Assembly: GCA_023229765.1 (NCBI GenBank)
Contig: JALNYO010000010.1
Location: 40,003 to 104,002 of the forward strand
Direction of reading: 5' to 3'
Source of the DNA: Syntrophales bacterium
GTDB lineage: Bacteria; Desulfobacterota; Syntrophia; Syntrophales; UBA5619
DNA length: 64,000 nt
Position 1 is the first letter of the stretch, and each line of letters begins with the position of its first letter. The notes beneath the pieces were generated by a model. That model ran no database searches and was not told the origin of the DNA. It saw only the letters and a list, made by a program, of their open reading frames with translations. The translations under genes were made by a program, and so were the position numbers. Below are positions 17,576 through 26,331 of this stretch, one piece after another.

Positions 17576-17931
17576 TTTTTCCCCCTTCTTGATTGCCTGA
17601 ACCCGTTGTAGATTAAATACTTATCTAACTGGATCATGCATTTCATGCAAAACGGCCTGCGCCTGCACAAGGCCAAGACTTAAATACTGGTTAAATTTAT
17701 AAAGCTTTGCTACATTAATATTTATGCCATGGTTTCAGTAACGAATACAACTCTGGCGGCCCCTTTGAAAAGCGACCCAAGGAAAAACCTGATTTATGAC
17801 ATAAGAACCATTCCAACACTCCAAACTCGGTCGGGACTTACAAACAGATTTAAAAAATAATGTCAAGTTTTTTGTATGCAGTATCAAAGCCCGGAGGAAA
17901 ATTTTTCATTAGCGCCGTGCGGCATCGATAT

Positions 17932-18963
17932 TTACACATTAAACCGGAAATTGATGATCTCGCCGTCCTGAACAATATACTCCTTGCCCTCGAGACGGAG
18001 TTTCCCCTGGCTTCTGACCCCGACGTAGCTGCCGCCGCAGGCGATGAACTCCTCGTAGCCAATAACCTCGGCCTTGATGAACCCCCGTTCGAAATCGTTA
18101 TGGATGACCCCGGCGGCTTTCGGGGCCTTTGTTCCGGCGGGGATTACCCAGGCCTTGACCTCGTCCTCGCCGACGGTGAAGTAGGAAATCTGGCCGAGGA
18201 GGGAGAAAGCGGCTTTAATCACCCGTCCAAAGGCGGCCTCGGCGATGCCAAGCGACTGGAGAAATTCATTGCGTTCTCCAACGGGCAGGGCGATCAGTTC
18301 CGCCTCGATTTCACAGCAGATGCCGATGCCGGGAACATCCGTTCCCAATGCCTGCAAAAAGGCAACGGCGACCGATGGATCGTCCTCCGGGGTATTGACG
18401 ACCACAAGTTCCGGGCGAATTGTCCAGAAGGAAAAGCTCCTCAGGCCGTGCTTCTCTTCATCGGAAAGCGGCAATCCCCGGAGCGGCTTGCCGCCCTCAA
18501 GCTGTTCCAGAAGCCTCGGCAGGACCGCGGCGTGCAGGGCATCCTGCGGGGTCATCGGTTTTTTTGCCGTTTTGGCGAGCCGTTCCAGGCGGTTTTCCAC
18601 GATCAGCAGGTCGGAAAGAATCAGCTCGTCTTCAAGCTTGCGGTAGCGGCCAAGCGCCTCCGCTAGATCAAGCGCGGTGAAGGCGTCAACGATATGGACA
18701 AGCCCATCGGCACCGGAGAGGCTCTGACGGACGGCATTCCATGCCTTCTCACCTGCGGCGTTAACATCGCTGAAGGGGATTCTGGCGGGTGAAACCTTGA
18801 CCGGCGCGAAGATTTCGACCAGCCTCTCGAAGCGTGGGTCGGGCACGGCAGCGAGCCCTCGCACGCAGGTCTCACCGTGCAGATCGCGGCTCTTGACGCC
18901 GGTCATGATCTCAAACAGGGTGCTTTTCCCGCTTTGCGGCAGGCCGATAATTCCAATTTCCAT
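17932..18963 (-). CDS. ychF: Ribosome-associated ATPase/GTPase YchF
   Basis: 343 aa with P-loop GIIGLPQSGKSTLF and the typical C-terminal TGS-like end GKEYIVQDGEIINFRFNV. Confidence 0.85.
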   Translation of the reverse strand: MEIGIIGLPQSGKSTLFEIMTGVKSRDLHGETCVRGLAAVPDPRFERLVEIFAPVKVSPARIPFSDVNAAGEKAWNAVRQSLSGADGLVHIVDAFTALDLAEALGRYRKLEDELILSDLLIVENRLERLAKTAKKPMTPQDALHAAVLPRLLEQLEGGKPLRGLPLSDEEKHGLRSFSFWTIRPELVVVNTPEDDPSVAVAFLQALGTDVPGIGICCEIEAELIALPVGERNEFLQSLGIAEAAFGRVIKAAFSLLGQISYFTVGEDEVKAWVIPAGTKAPKAAGVIHNDFERGFIKAEVIGYEEFIACGGSYVGVRSQGKLRLEGKEYIVQDGEIINFRFNV

Positions 18964-18998
18964 TTATTGTTTCCTCAGGCAAAGGCCTTTTATGAACA

Positions 18999-20168
18999 TT
19001 AAGCTACGCTCTCAATACGGGCCATCGCCTCTTCCAGCCGTTTATCCGGTACAGTCAGCGAGATGCGGACAAATCCTTCGCCGTACTGCCCATAGGCGGT
19101 GCCGGAGGCCACGACAACGGCCGCCTTCTCGAACAGGTGGTTGGTGAATTCAAGAGAACTCATCCCTTGCGGGGTCGGAATCCACAGGTAGAAGGTACCC
19201 TTTGGCGGATTGAAGTCTATCCCGATCTTGGCGAGCGTCTGTAAAACCCGTTTGCGTCGGGCAGCGTAGATCTGGAGCATGCGGTCTATGTTTCCGCCTT
19301 CGCTTCGCAGCGCTTGAATCCCCGCGAACTGGATCGGGTTGAAGATGCCGGAGTCGGTGTTTTCCTTGACTTTGCTCATCGCGGCAATCAGCTCCCTGTT
19401 GCCGATGGCCATGCCGATCCGCCAGCCGGCCATGTTGTAAGGTTTGGAAAGGGAGTTCAGCTCAACGCCCACCTCCTTCGCCCCCGCGGCGGACATGAAG
19501 CTCAATCGCTCCTGGCCTGCGAAGACAACCTCGCTGTACGGGTTGTCGTAGCAAACGGCGATGTTGTTTTTCTTCGCGAAGATGACCAGTTTATCAAAAA
19601 AGTCACGGGTCGCGCAGGCCCCTGTCGGGTTATTCGGATAGTTCAAAAACATCCCCCGGGCCTTTTGCAGCACATCTCCGGGTATTTCCTCAAAGACGGG
19701 CAGATATCCATTTTCCGGCCGGATAGGAACACTCCAGGGAATGCCGCCTCCCAGCAGGATGCTTGCCCGGTAAGCCGGGTATCCGGGATCGGTCATCAGC
19801 ACAATGTCCCCGGGGTTTATGCAGGCCATGATAAAATGGTGACAACCCTCCTTGGAACCGATGAGACCAAGTATCTCAGTCGCCGGGTCAAGGCTGACAT
19901 CATATCGCTTCTTGTACCAGGAGGCGACCTCCTGGCGAAAGGCGAACATCCCCTTCTCCTCGTCCGTCGGATAGCGGTGGTTCTCCGGGTCGCGAGCCTG
20001 AAGGCAGAGCTCCGCGATGATCGCCTCTGGGGTCGGCTCGACCGGATCCCCGATCGCGAGGCTGATCACGTCAACGCCGGCCGCCTTGGCGGCGGCGATC
20101 TTTTTCCTCAATTCCATAAACAGATAAGGCGGTATTTTTGTCAAACGCTCGGCAATCTGCACGCTCAT
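18999..20168 (-). CDS. dapL: LL-diaminopimelate aminotransferase-type class I aminotransferase
   Basis: The sequence reads IPPYLFMELRKKI...NNPTG...SLSKPYNMAGWRIG (PLP lysine motif). It lies directly downstream of dapF with an ATGA start/stop overlap. I prefer the ATG at 20168 (preceded by GGAGGAAGGGGGA) over the track start at 20183. Confidence 0.65.
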   Translation of the reverse strand: MSVQIAERLTKIPPYLFMELRKKIAAAKAAGVDVISLAIGDPVEPTPEAIIAELCLQARDPENHRYPTDEEKGMFAFRQEVASWYKKRYDVSLDPATEILGLIGSKEGCHHFIMACINPGDIVLMTDPGYPAYRASILLGGGIPWSVPIRPENGYLPVFEEIPGDVLQKARGMFLNYPNNPTGACATRDFFDKLVIFAKKNNIAVCYDNPYSEVVFAGQERLSFMSAAGAKEVGVELNSLSKPYNMAGWRIGMAIGNRELIAAMSKVKENTDSGIFNPIQFAGIQALRSEGGNIDRMLQIYAARRKRVLQTLAKIGIDFNPPKGTFYLWIPTPQGMSSLEFTNHLFEKAAVVVASGTAYGQYGEGFVRISLTVPDKRLEEAMARIESVA

Positions 20169-20992
20169 TCCCCCTTCCTCCATGCTTCATCCCACAGTTT
20201 TCCCTGATATACGACAGTGACCTTTCCCTCTAAATAAACATCCGTAAAGCCGTCGTTTGTCTTTTTAAAGTATATTGTCAGTATTTCGCCGCTCTTGACA
20301 TGGACCGCAACCGGCGACTGGACGAACCCCTTGCGGGCGGCGATCAGGGCCGAGGCTACGGAGCCGGTTCCACAGGCGAGGGTTTCATTCTCGACGCCCC
20401 GCTCATAAGTCCGCACCCGGAGCGTGTGGTCGTCAACAATCAGGACAAAATTGGCGTTAGTCCCGGCTGGCTGGTAATGGGCATGCCGGCGTATTTCCCG
20501 TCCGACATGAAAGACGTCGAACTGATCAATATCTTCTATAAAATGAATCGCATGGGGGACTCCGGTATCCACGCTGTGGATGGCAATGTCGCTTCCTCCC
20601 ACCTTGATCTGGTCATCCATCGCCAGGCTGTGCGGGGCGGTCAGGTGAATCTTGGCGACATCATTTTTTACCTCGGCATCAATGACGCCTGCAATCGTTT
20701 CAAAGGACATCCGCGCTCCGGCGATTCCCTTGAGGAAGGCAAAGCGCGCGGCGCAGCGCCCTCCGTTGCCGCACATCGCCGCTTCCGAACCATCGGCGTT
20801 GAAAAAACGCCAACGGAAATCGACCTTGTCGGAAGGTTCGATCACAATAAGGCCGTCCGCTCCAACGGAAACCTGCCGCGCACAGACGGTTTTTGCAAAG
20901 GAAGCCAGCTCTCCGACCTGAAGATTTCTGTCCATATTGTCGATAAATATGAAATCATTGCCGCTGCCGCTTAGCTTATAAAATTCAATCAT
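20165..20992 (-). CDS. dapF: Diaminopimelate epimerase
   Basis: 275 aa. The N-terminal FYKLSGSGNDFIFID and the two catalytic Cys contexts (MCGNGGRC, ACGTGS) are typical of DapF. Confidence 0.9.
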   Translation of the reverse strand: MIEFYKLSGSGNDFIFIDNMDRNLQVGELASFAKTVCARQVSVGADGLIVIEPSDKVDFRWRFFNADGSEAAMCGNGGRCAARFAFLKGIAGARMSFETIAGVIDAEVKNDVAKIHLTAPHSLAMDDQIKVGGSDIAIHSVDTGVPHAIHFIEDIDQFDVFHVGREIRRHAHYQPAGTNANFVLIVDDHTLRVRTYERGVENETLACGTGSVASALIAARKGFVQSPVAVHVKSGEILTIYFKKTNDGFTDVYLEGKVTVVYQGKLWDEAWRKGE

Positions 20993-21004
20993 CAGAACCT
21001 TTCT

Positions 21005-21032
21005 GTACGAGCGGTTCGCGAACCGCCCCTAC
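21005..21032 (-). repeat. REP-like element (GTAG + palindrome), copy 1
   Basis: The minus strand reads GTAGGGGCGGTTCGCGAACCGCTCGTAC. The 16-nt perfect palindrome GCGGTTCGCGAACCGC lies in the dapF/PBP1A intergenic gap. Confidence 0.45.
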
Positions 21033-21040
21033 CCAAACGA

Positions 21041-23098
21041 TCAATCCGACTCCTCTTCCGCTCTCGGGATTGCTGTGGGCAGGTTTTCCGGGAGGATCGT
21101 CTCGACGCCATCGGGGGTTGTCCCTTCGAGGAAACACTCATAGATCACATCCTTGCCCGATCCTTGAGCCGGCAAACCGGTTTTTTGCCTGACCTTGACG
21201 AAAACGATTCCCTCCGGGGCGGGAAATTGCTCGGCAGGCGATTCTTCCAGAGCCTTTTGTGCAAAATAGAGCCAGATCGGCGCCGCCGCCCGGCCACCCA
21301 CCTCCTGTCGCGCCATCGATCTTTCCTGATCGAATCCCACCCATGCCCCTGCAACCAGCGACGGGGTGAAGCCAAGGAACCAGGCGTCGCGGGTATCGTC
21401 GGTTGTTCCGGTTTTTCCGGCAACCGGTCTTCCGAGCTTCTTTATCATCTGCGCCGTACCACTTTCAACAACATCCTGCATGACCCATGTCGTCATGAAC
21501 GCGATCCGCGGGTCCATCACCTGTTCAGACTTTGGCTGGGTCTCTTCAAAGACATGTCCGGTGCGATCGACGATCTTTTTGATGAAGAAGGGCTGAACCC
21601 GCTGCCCCCCGTTGGCAAGCACGCCGTAAGCCTGGACAAGTTCCTGCAGGGTAACGCCGGCGGTGCCGAGGGCCAGTGAGAGGTTGCGTGCCAGGGGCGA
21701 GGTTATTCCCATGTTTTTAGCATAGGCAATCGCATAATCCACCCCTATTTCTTCCAGAATCTTGATCGAGATGATGTTCCGGGAATGGATCAAGCCATTG
21801 TGCAAAGTCGTCGGTCCGAGAAATTTCCGGTCAAAATTTTGAGGCGTCCACACCCCATCCGGCTGCTGGGGATCGGGATAGACGATCGGGGAATCAACGA
21901 TAACCGTGGAGGGCGTCATTCCCTTGTCGAAGGCGGCGGTGTAGATCAGCGGTTTAAAAGCCGAACCCGGCTGGCGCCTGGACTGAGTCGCCCGGTTGAA
22001 CTCGCTGTGTTGGAAATTACGTCCTCCCACCATCGCCAGCACGGCGCCTGTTTTCGGATTCATCGCGTACAGGGAACCCTGAAGCTCCCCTTTTTTGTAG
22101 CCTTCCCGCTCTTCTACTTCACTTACACCGCGTTCAACGGCATCTCGCGCCGCCATCTGCATCTTGATGTCGAGCGTTGTGTAAACCTCCAGACCTTCCT
22201 TGTAAAGGACGTCTCCGCCGTATTTTTCCAGGATGTAGCGGCGAATGTTTTCGATGAAATAAGCGGCGATCTTGTCTTTTGGCTTTATCGAGCGCAACCG
22301 CACCTTTGTCGCCAGCGCCCGGTCCCGCTCTTTGGCCGTTATGTATCCATCCTCCAGCATCCTGTCGAGGACGTAGGCCTGCCGCTGGTAAGATTTATCA
22401 GGGTGCAGGTAGGGGGAATAAGCACTGGGCGCCTTTGGAAGTCCGGCCAGGATCGCGACTTCGGCAAGCGTCAGCTCTTTTGCGCTTTTCCCGAAATATC
22501 CCTGGGAGGCCGCCTCTATCCCGTAGGTCCCGTGGCCGAGATAGATATGGTTCAAATAGAGGGTGATAATCTCCTCTTTGGTCAGATATTTTTCAATCTT
22601 GAGGGCGAGGAGCGCCTCCCTGATCTTGCGCGTGTAGCTCTTCTCCGGGGAGAGGTAAAGCAGTTTTGCCACCTGCTGGGTAATAGTGCTTCCCCCTTGG
22701 ACGATGTGTCCCGCCCGGACATTCTTGAAAAAAGCCCGAAACAGGCTCTGCGTGTCGAAGCCGCCATGCTGGAAAAAACGCGAGTCTTCGGCGGCGATAA
22801 AGGCCTGGATAGCTATCTTCGGGATATCCTCGTACTTGACAACCTTGCGGTCCTCGAGAAAAAACTCGTCGATCAGTTCGTTGTTGTCCGCATAGACCCT
22901 GGTCGTGATGCTCGGGCGGTAATCCTTCAGGGCTGCAATACTGGGCAGCTCCTGCAGCAGCGCGAAATATACCAGACTGCTTCCCGCGAGGGCGGCGCCT
23001 ACGAAAAGCACTATAAAAGCAATAACGGCGATCCCCAGAAGGGAGCGGCGCGAGGCTGAGCGCTTCTTCTTTGGCAGGGTGGAATGTCTAATCGTCAT
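21041..23098 (-). CDS. mrcA: Penicillin-binding protein 1A (bifunctional glycosyltransferase/transpeptidase)
   Basis: 685 aa with an N-terminal membrane anchor. GT51 motifs are EDSRFFQHGG and GGSTITQQVAK. The transpeptidase motifs are SAFKP and KTGTT. Confidence 0.85.
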   Translation of the reverse strand: MTIRHSTLPKKKRSASRRSLLGIAVIAFIVLFVGAALAGSSLVYFALLQELPSIAALKDYRPSITTRVYADNNELIDEFFLEDRKVVKYEDIPKIAIQAFIAAEDSRFFQHGGFDTQSLFRAFFKNVRAGHIVQGGSTITQQVAKLLYLSPEKSYTRKIREALLALKIEKYLTKEEIITLYLNHIYLGHGTYGIEAASQGYFGKSAKELTLAEVAILAGLPKAPSAYSPYLHPDKSYQRQAYVLDRMLEDGYITAKERDRALATKVRLRSIKPKDKIAAYFIENIRRYILEKYGGDVLYKEGLEVYTTLDIKMQMAARDAVERGVSEVEEREGYKKGELQGSLYAMNPKTGAVLAMVGGRNFQHSEFNRATQSRRQPGSAFKPLIYTAAFDKGMTPSTVIVDSPIVYPDPQQPDGVWTPQNFDRKFLGPTTLHNGLIHSRNIISIKILEEIGVDYAIAYAKNMGITSPLARNLSLALGTAGVTLQELVQAYGVLANGGQRVQPFFIKKIVDRTGHVFEETQPKSEQVMDPRIAFMTTWVMQDVVESGTAQMIKKLGRPVAGKTGTTDDTRDAWFLGFTPSLVAGAWVGFDQERSMARQEVGGRAAAPIWLYFAQKALEESPAEQFPAPEGIVFVKVRQKTGLPAQGSGKDVIYECFLEGTTPDGVETILPENLPTAIPRAEEESD

Positions 23099-23874
23099 GA
23101 TTGGTCGGCTTCCTCGTTTTCGGCTTCTTCGGGGGATGATTTTTTCTTGCCGGCGAATTTTGTCAGAACAATGCTGACCTCGTAGAGAATCAGGAGCGGA
23201 CCTGCCATTAGAATCTGACTGATTGCGTCCGGAGAAGGTGTGAGAACGGCGGCGGCAATAAAAATAATCAGAATGGCATAGCGCCGCTGCTTTGCCAGCA
23301 TTTTTGAGTTGACGATCCCGATCTTGGCAAGAAAAAACAGGAATACCGGCATCTCGAAACTGAGACCGAAGGCAAGCAGAAATTTAAGCGTCAAACTCAG
23401 ATATTCACGGAACGAGATCATCGGCTTTAAAAAGTCTGTCGAAAAGCTGACAAAAAAACGAAAGGCCGGCGGCAGGGCAATAAAATAACCGAACAGCACC
23501 CCGCCGGCGAAAAGCAGTGAGGAGAAGAAGACAAACGGAACGACCGCCCGTTTCTCTTTTTTGTAAAGCCCGGGAGAGATGAAGCGCCAGATCTCGAACA
23601 GGGTATAGGGGGCAGTCAGCAGCAGAGAGGCAAAAAGGGCGATCTTCATGTGGATGAAGAATGCCTCTGGAAGTCCCGTGAAGATCATCGAACTTTGCGC
23701 CGGCATCGCCTCGACCAGCGGCTTGGTGATTACCTTGAAAGACCAGTCCTTAAACAGATAGCAGACCCCGAAGCCGATGGCGACAACGATCAGCACCCGG
23801 ATCAGGCGCGCCTTCAGCTCTTCGAGATGCGAGGTCAGGGGCAGTTTTTCTTCTTCTGAATTTTCCGTTTCCAT
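23095..23874 (-). CDS. tatC: Twin-arginine translocase subunit TatC
   Basis: 259 aa polytopic protein with an N-terminal LTSHLEELKARLIRV motif typical of TatC. It overlaps the PBP gene start by 4 nt. Confidence 0.9.
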   Translation of the reverse strand: METENSEEEKLPLTSHLEELKARLIRVLIVVAIGFGVCYLFKDWSFKVITKPLVEAMPAQSSMIFTGLPEAFFIHMKIALFASLLLTAPYTLFEIWRFISPGLYKKEKRAVVPFVFFSSLLFAGGVLFGYFIALPPAFRFFVSFSTDFLKPMISFREYLSLTLKFLLAFGLSFEMPVFLFFLAKIGIVNSKMLAKQRRYAILIIFIAAAVLTPSPDAISQILMAGPLLILYEVSIVLTKFAGKKKSSPEEAENEEADQS

Positions 23875-23916
23875 AGATTTATCGGTAAAAAAATGTTTAG
23901 AGGCGCCGTCGGAAGG

Positions 23917-24246
23917 CTATACATGAGGTTTGCGTTCGTCGCCTTTGGGGGAATTCTTTTTATCCTCGGCCGCGGTAGAATCGGGAGCGGCGTTTTTTGT
24001 CTCTTCCTTGCCACCATGTTCCTTGCCACCATGAAGCAGGGCATCTTTTATGCCGTCCATGTCCTTTTTCAGCTCGTCGGTTTTCAGCGTCTCCTTGATC
24101 GTTTCCGTTGCGCCGTCGGCCGCCCTGCGAAATTCGGAAAGCCCTTTTCCCAATGCTTTGGCAATATCCGGCAGCTTCTTGGGACCAACCACAAGCAGGG
24201 CGACTACCGCGATTACCAACAACTCCGGCATACCAATACCAAACAT
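23917..24246 (-). CDS. tatA: Twin-arginine translocase TatA/TatB-family protein
   Basis: 109 aa. The sequence MFGIGMPELLVIAVVALLVVGPKKLPDIAKALGKG is the TatA/E/B TM helix plus amphipathic helix signature. Confidence 0.85.
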   Translation of the reverse strand: MFGIGMPELLVIAVVALLVVGPKKLPDIAKALGKGLSEFRRAADGATETIKETLKTDELKKDMDGIKDALLHGGKEHGGKEETKNAAPDSTAAEDKKNSPKGDERKPHV

Positions 24247-24615
24247 GACCGCACCTCTAACGAATCTAACATCCCTTTATTGCGGGACCATGAAAATTCC
24301 CAAACGCATTTTCCCGAGGCGCTTATAACCGCAGCAGGAAAATTTTGTCAATATCTTTTCCGGGGTTGTAATTTTATAGAGTTGCCGCTTCGTCCCGGAT
24401 ATTTATCGGCGAAAAGAGTTTGACAGCGGGCAGCCTCCTATATTACTAATGGCCGCGTTTCTTCCGGGAGCGGTAATGTTCAGGAATGAGCCAGAAACCT
24501 TTTCTGACGTTCTCCCTGTCGTTCGTGTTTTAACCCCGACATATGTTCCGGCGGTTGTACATGAGCTTTTCCCCGGAAGCGGCCTGAAAAACTTGACCGG
24601 CAGCAAAGGAGCCAG

Positions 24616-25677
24616 ATGGCAAAAAATACCGGAATCGTCAAGAATGCGCAATATGTGCGGCACGGCGGCGTCTTTAGCCAGCCCGAGTCTCCCGAGCGGC
24701 TGAGCGCCATCTACGATATGCTCGAAAATCCAGATATGTCATGGAAATTCAACAACATCGATGCGCGATACGCCACGCGCAGAGAACTGGAGATGGTGCA
24801 TCTCCCCTCGTATATCGATGCTATCGCCGCTACGGCCGGGAAAAACCTGACAATGCTCGATCCCGACACCGCCGCAACCGCCGACACGTTTGATGCGGCA
24901 AGACTGGCCGCAGGCGGGTTTATCGCCGCCATTGACAGCGTTGTTTCTGGAGAGACGGACAACGCCTTCGCTATGGTGCGACCGCCCGGTCATCATGCGG
25001 CAGCAAATGCGGCGGCTGGTTTTTGCATCTTCAATAACATTGCCATCGGGGCCAGATACGCCCTGGATCGGCTGGGGATGAAACGGGTATTGATCGTGGA
25101 CTGGGATCTCCATCACGGCAATGGCACCCAGCAGGCCTTCTACGAAGATGACAATGTGTTGTATTTTTCGACGCATCAGTCTCCTGCCTATCCGTGGACG
25201 GGCCGCCCGGAGGAAACCGGAAAGGGGGAGGGCGCCGGCTATACGATCAACGTTCCTCTGCGGCCCGGTGCGGGTGATGCCATGTACATACGCGTCTTTC
25301 AAGATATTCTTCTGCCGGTAGCCCATAAATTCCGCCCGGAGATTATCCTGGTTTCGGCAGGGTTCGACCCCTATGAAGGCGATCCGCTCGGAGAGATGAA
25401 GGTGACGCCGGCGGGATTTGCCGGCCTTGCCCGGATTCTGCTCGATCTGGCGGAAGAGGTTTGCGGCGGCCGCGTTGTGGCGGCGCTGGAGGGCGGGTAT
25501 AACGTCTTGGGGTTGGTAAAGTGCGTCCGGGCGGTTTTACTGGAGTTTCTGGGAGAAACCCGGGCCACGCAAGAAGCGGTGGCGCGTCTTGCGAGCAAGG
25601 CCGATTTGGATAACGAACCGGCAATAGAAAACGTGCGGAAGCTGCAAGCGGCATATTGGCCGATTTTGAATGGATAA
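24616..25677 (+). CDS. Histone-deacetylase-family (AcuC/Aph-like) deacetylase
   Basis: 353 aa with motifs RPPGHHA, DWDLHHGNGTQ and EGGY, which are characteristic of zinc-dependent class I/II deacetylases. Confidence 0.85.
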   Translation: MAKNTGIVKNAQYVRHGGVFSQPESPERLSAIYDMLENPDMSWKFNNIDARYATRRELEMVHLPSYIDAIAATAGKNLTMLDPDTAATADTFDAARLAAGGFIAAIDSVVSGETDNAFAMVRPPGHHAAANAAAGFCIFNNIAIGARYALDRLGMKRVLIVDWDLHHGNGTQQAFYEDDNVLYFSTHQSPAYPWTGRPEETGKGEGAGYTINVPLRPGAGDAMYIRVFQDILLPVAHKFRPEIILVSAGFDPYEGDPLGEMKVTPAGFAGLARILLDLAEEVCGGRVVAALEGGYNVLGLVKCVRAVLLEFLGETRATQEAVARLASKADLDNEPAIENVRKLQAAYWPILNG

Positions 25678-25785
25678 CGCCATCAATGTCTTATCCCGGC
25701 AATCCGCGTTGCCATAGCGCAAGGTCAGGAGATTGGGAAGCCTTCGGCAGCGGCGCCGCAATCGCTTGATCAGTTTGTCGTATCG

Positions 25786-25805
25786 CCAATAAATTTGCCT
25801 TGACA
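25786..25805 (+). promoter_or_regulatory. Half-site AAATTTGCC overlapping a TTGACA -35 box upstream of the ArsR-type gene
   Basis: CCAATAAATTTGCCTTGACA shares AAATTTGCC with the perfect palindrome at 26196-26211. Confidence 0.35.
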
Positions 25806-25861
25806 AAAGATTGGTTGGAAGGCATATCGACGGCGGCTTAGCGATTTGAAGGAGCAAGTAT

Positions 25862-26179
25862 TTGATAACATTTTCCGAAGCGGAATTGAGGGCTAAGGTT
25901 GTTAAGGCGATGGGCCATCCCGTGCGGATGATGGTCATCGGATTTATCCTGGATGGTGAACGCTCCTTTTCCGAAATATTCAAATTATTCAATTTGGATA
26001 AATCCACTATTTCCAAACATCTGCTTGTTCTGAAAGAATCAGGCATCATTTCTTCACGGAAAGTCGGCAGGGAAATGATCTATAGACTCGAAGAGACATG
26101 TGTGGCGAATTTCTTTTCATGTGCGACGGCCGTTGTTCAGAACAAGGTGGAGAAGCAATTGGAGGGGCTGAAGAGATAA
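25862..26179 (+). CDS. ArsR/SmtB-family transcriptional regulator
   Basis: 105 aa with wHTH GHPVRMMVIGFILDGERSFSEIFKLFNLDKSTISKHLLVLKESGII. It has no alpha-3 CxC metal site but does have a C-terminal CVANFFSC (C-X7-C) pair. TTG start after AGGAG. Confidence 0.8.
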   Translation: MITFSEAELRAKVVKAMGHPVRMMVIGFILDGERSFSEIFKLFNLDKSTISKHLLVLKESGIISSRKVGREMIYRLEETCVANFFSCATAVVQNKVEKQLEGLKR

Positions 26180-26195
26180 TTTTTTTTACGTTATG

Positions 26196-26211
26196 TTGGC
26201 AAATTTGCCAA
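26196..26211. promoter_or_regulatory. Perfect 16-nt palindrome TTGGCAAATTTGCCAA, candidate ArsR-type operator upstream of the extH-like operon
   Basis: It lies between the ArsR-family gene stop (26179) and the extH-like start (26332). The dyad symmetry is typical of ArsR/SmtB operators. Confidence 0.45.
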
Positions 26212-26331
26212 TCAACCTTTTGCGGGTAAGCGTCTATAGAACTGAAAAGACAGTCCAAGAGAAGAAGGGGGGTGAAGGCGGGCACTTTGTAACGTCAGGA
26301 GGAAAATCCATCAATGATATGAGGAGGAGGT

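Noticed and set aside
17576-17860. Search for a sigma-54 promoter upstream of bamB.
   Set aside because: The GG/GC candidates (near TGCAAAACGGCCTGCGCC and TTTATGCCATGG) have the wrong spacing. I could not support any -24/-12 element here, so the bam promoter is left uncalled.
17860-23059. Plus-strand ORFs 17860-18666, 19314-20207, 20300-20974 and 21785-23059, overlapping ychF, dapL, dapF and the PBP1A gene.
   Set aside because: These are shadow ORFs antisense to well-supported housekeeping genes, with no motifs.
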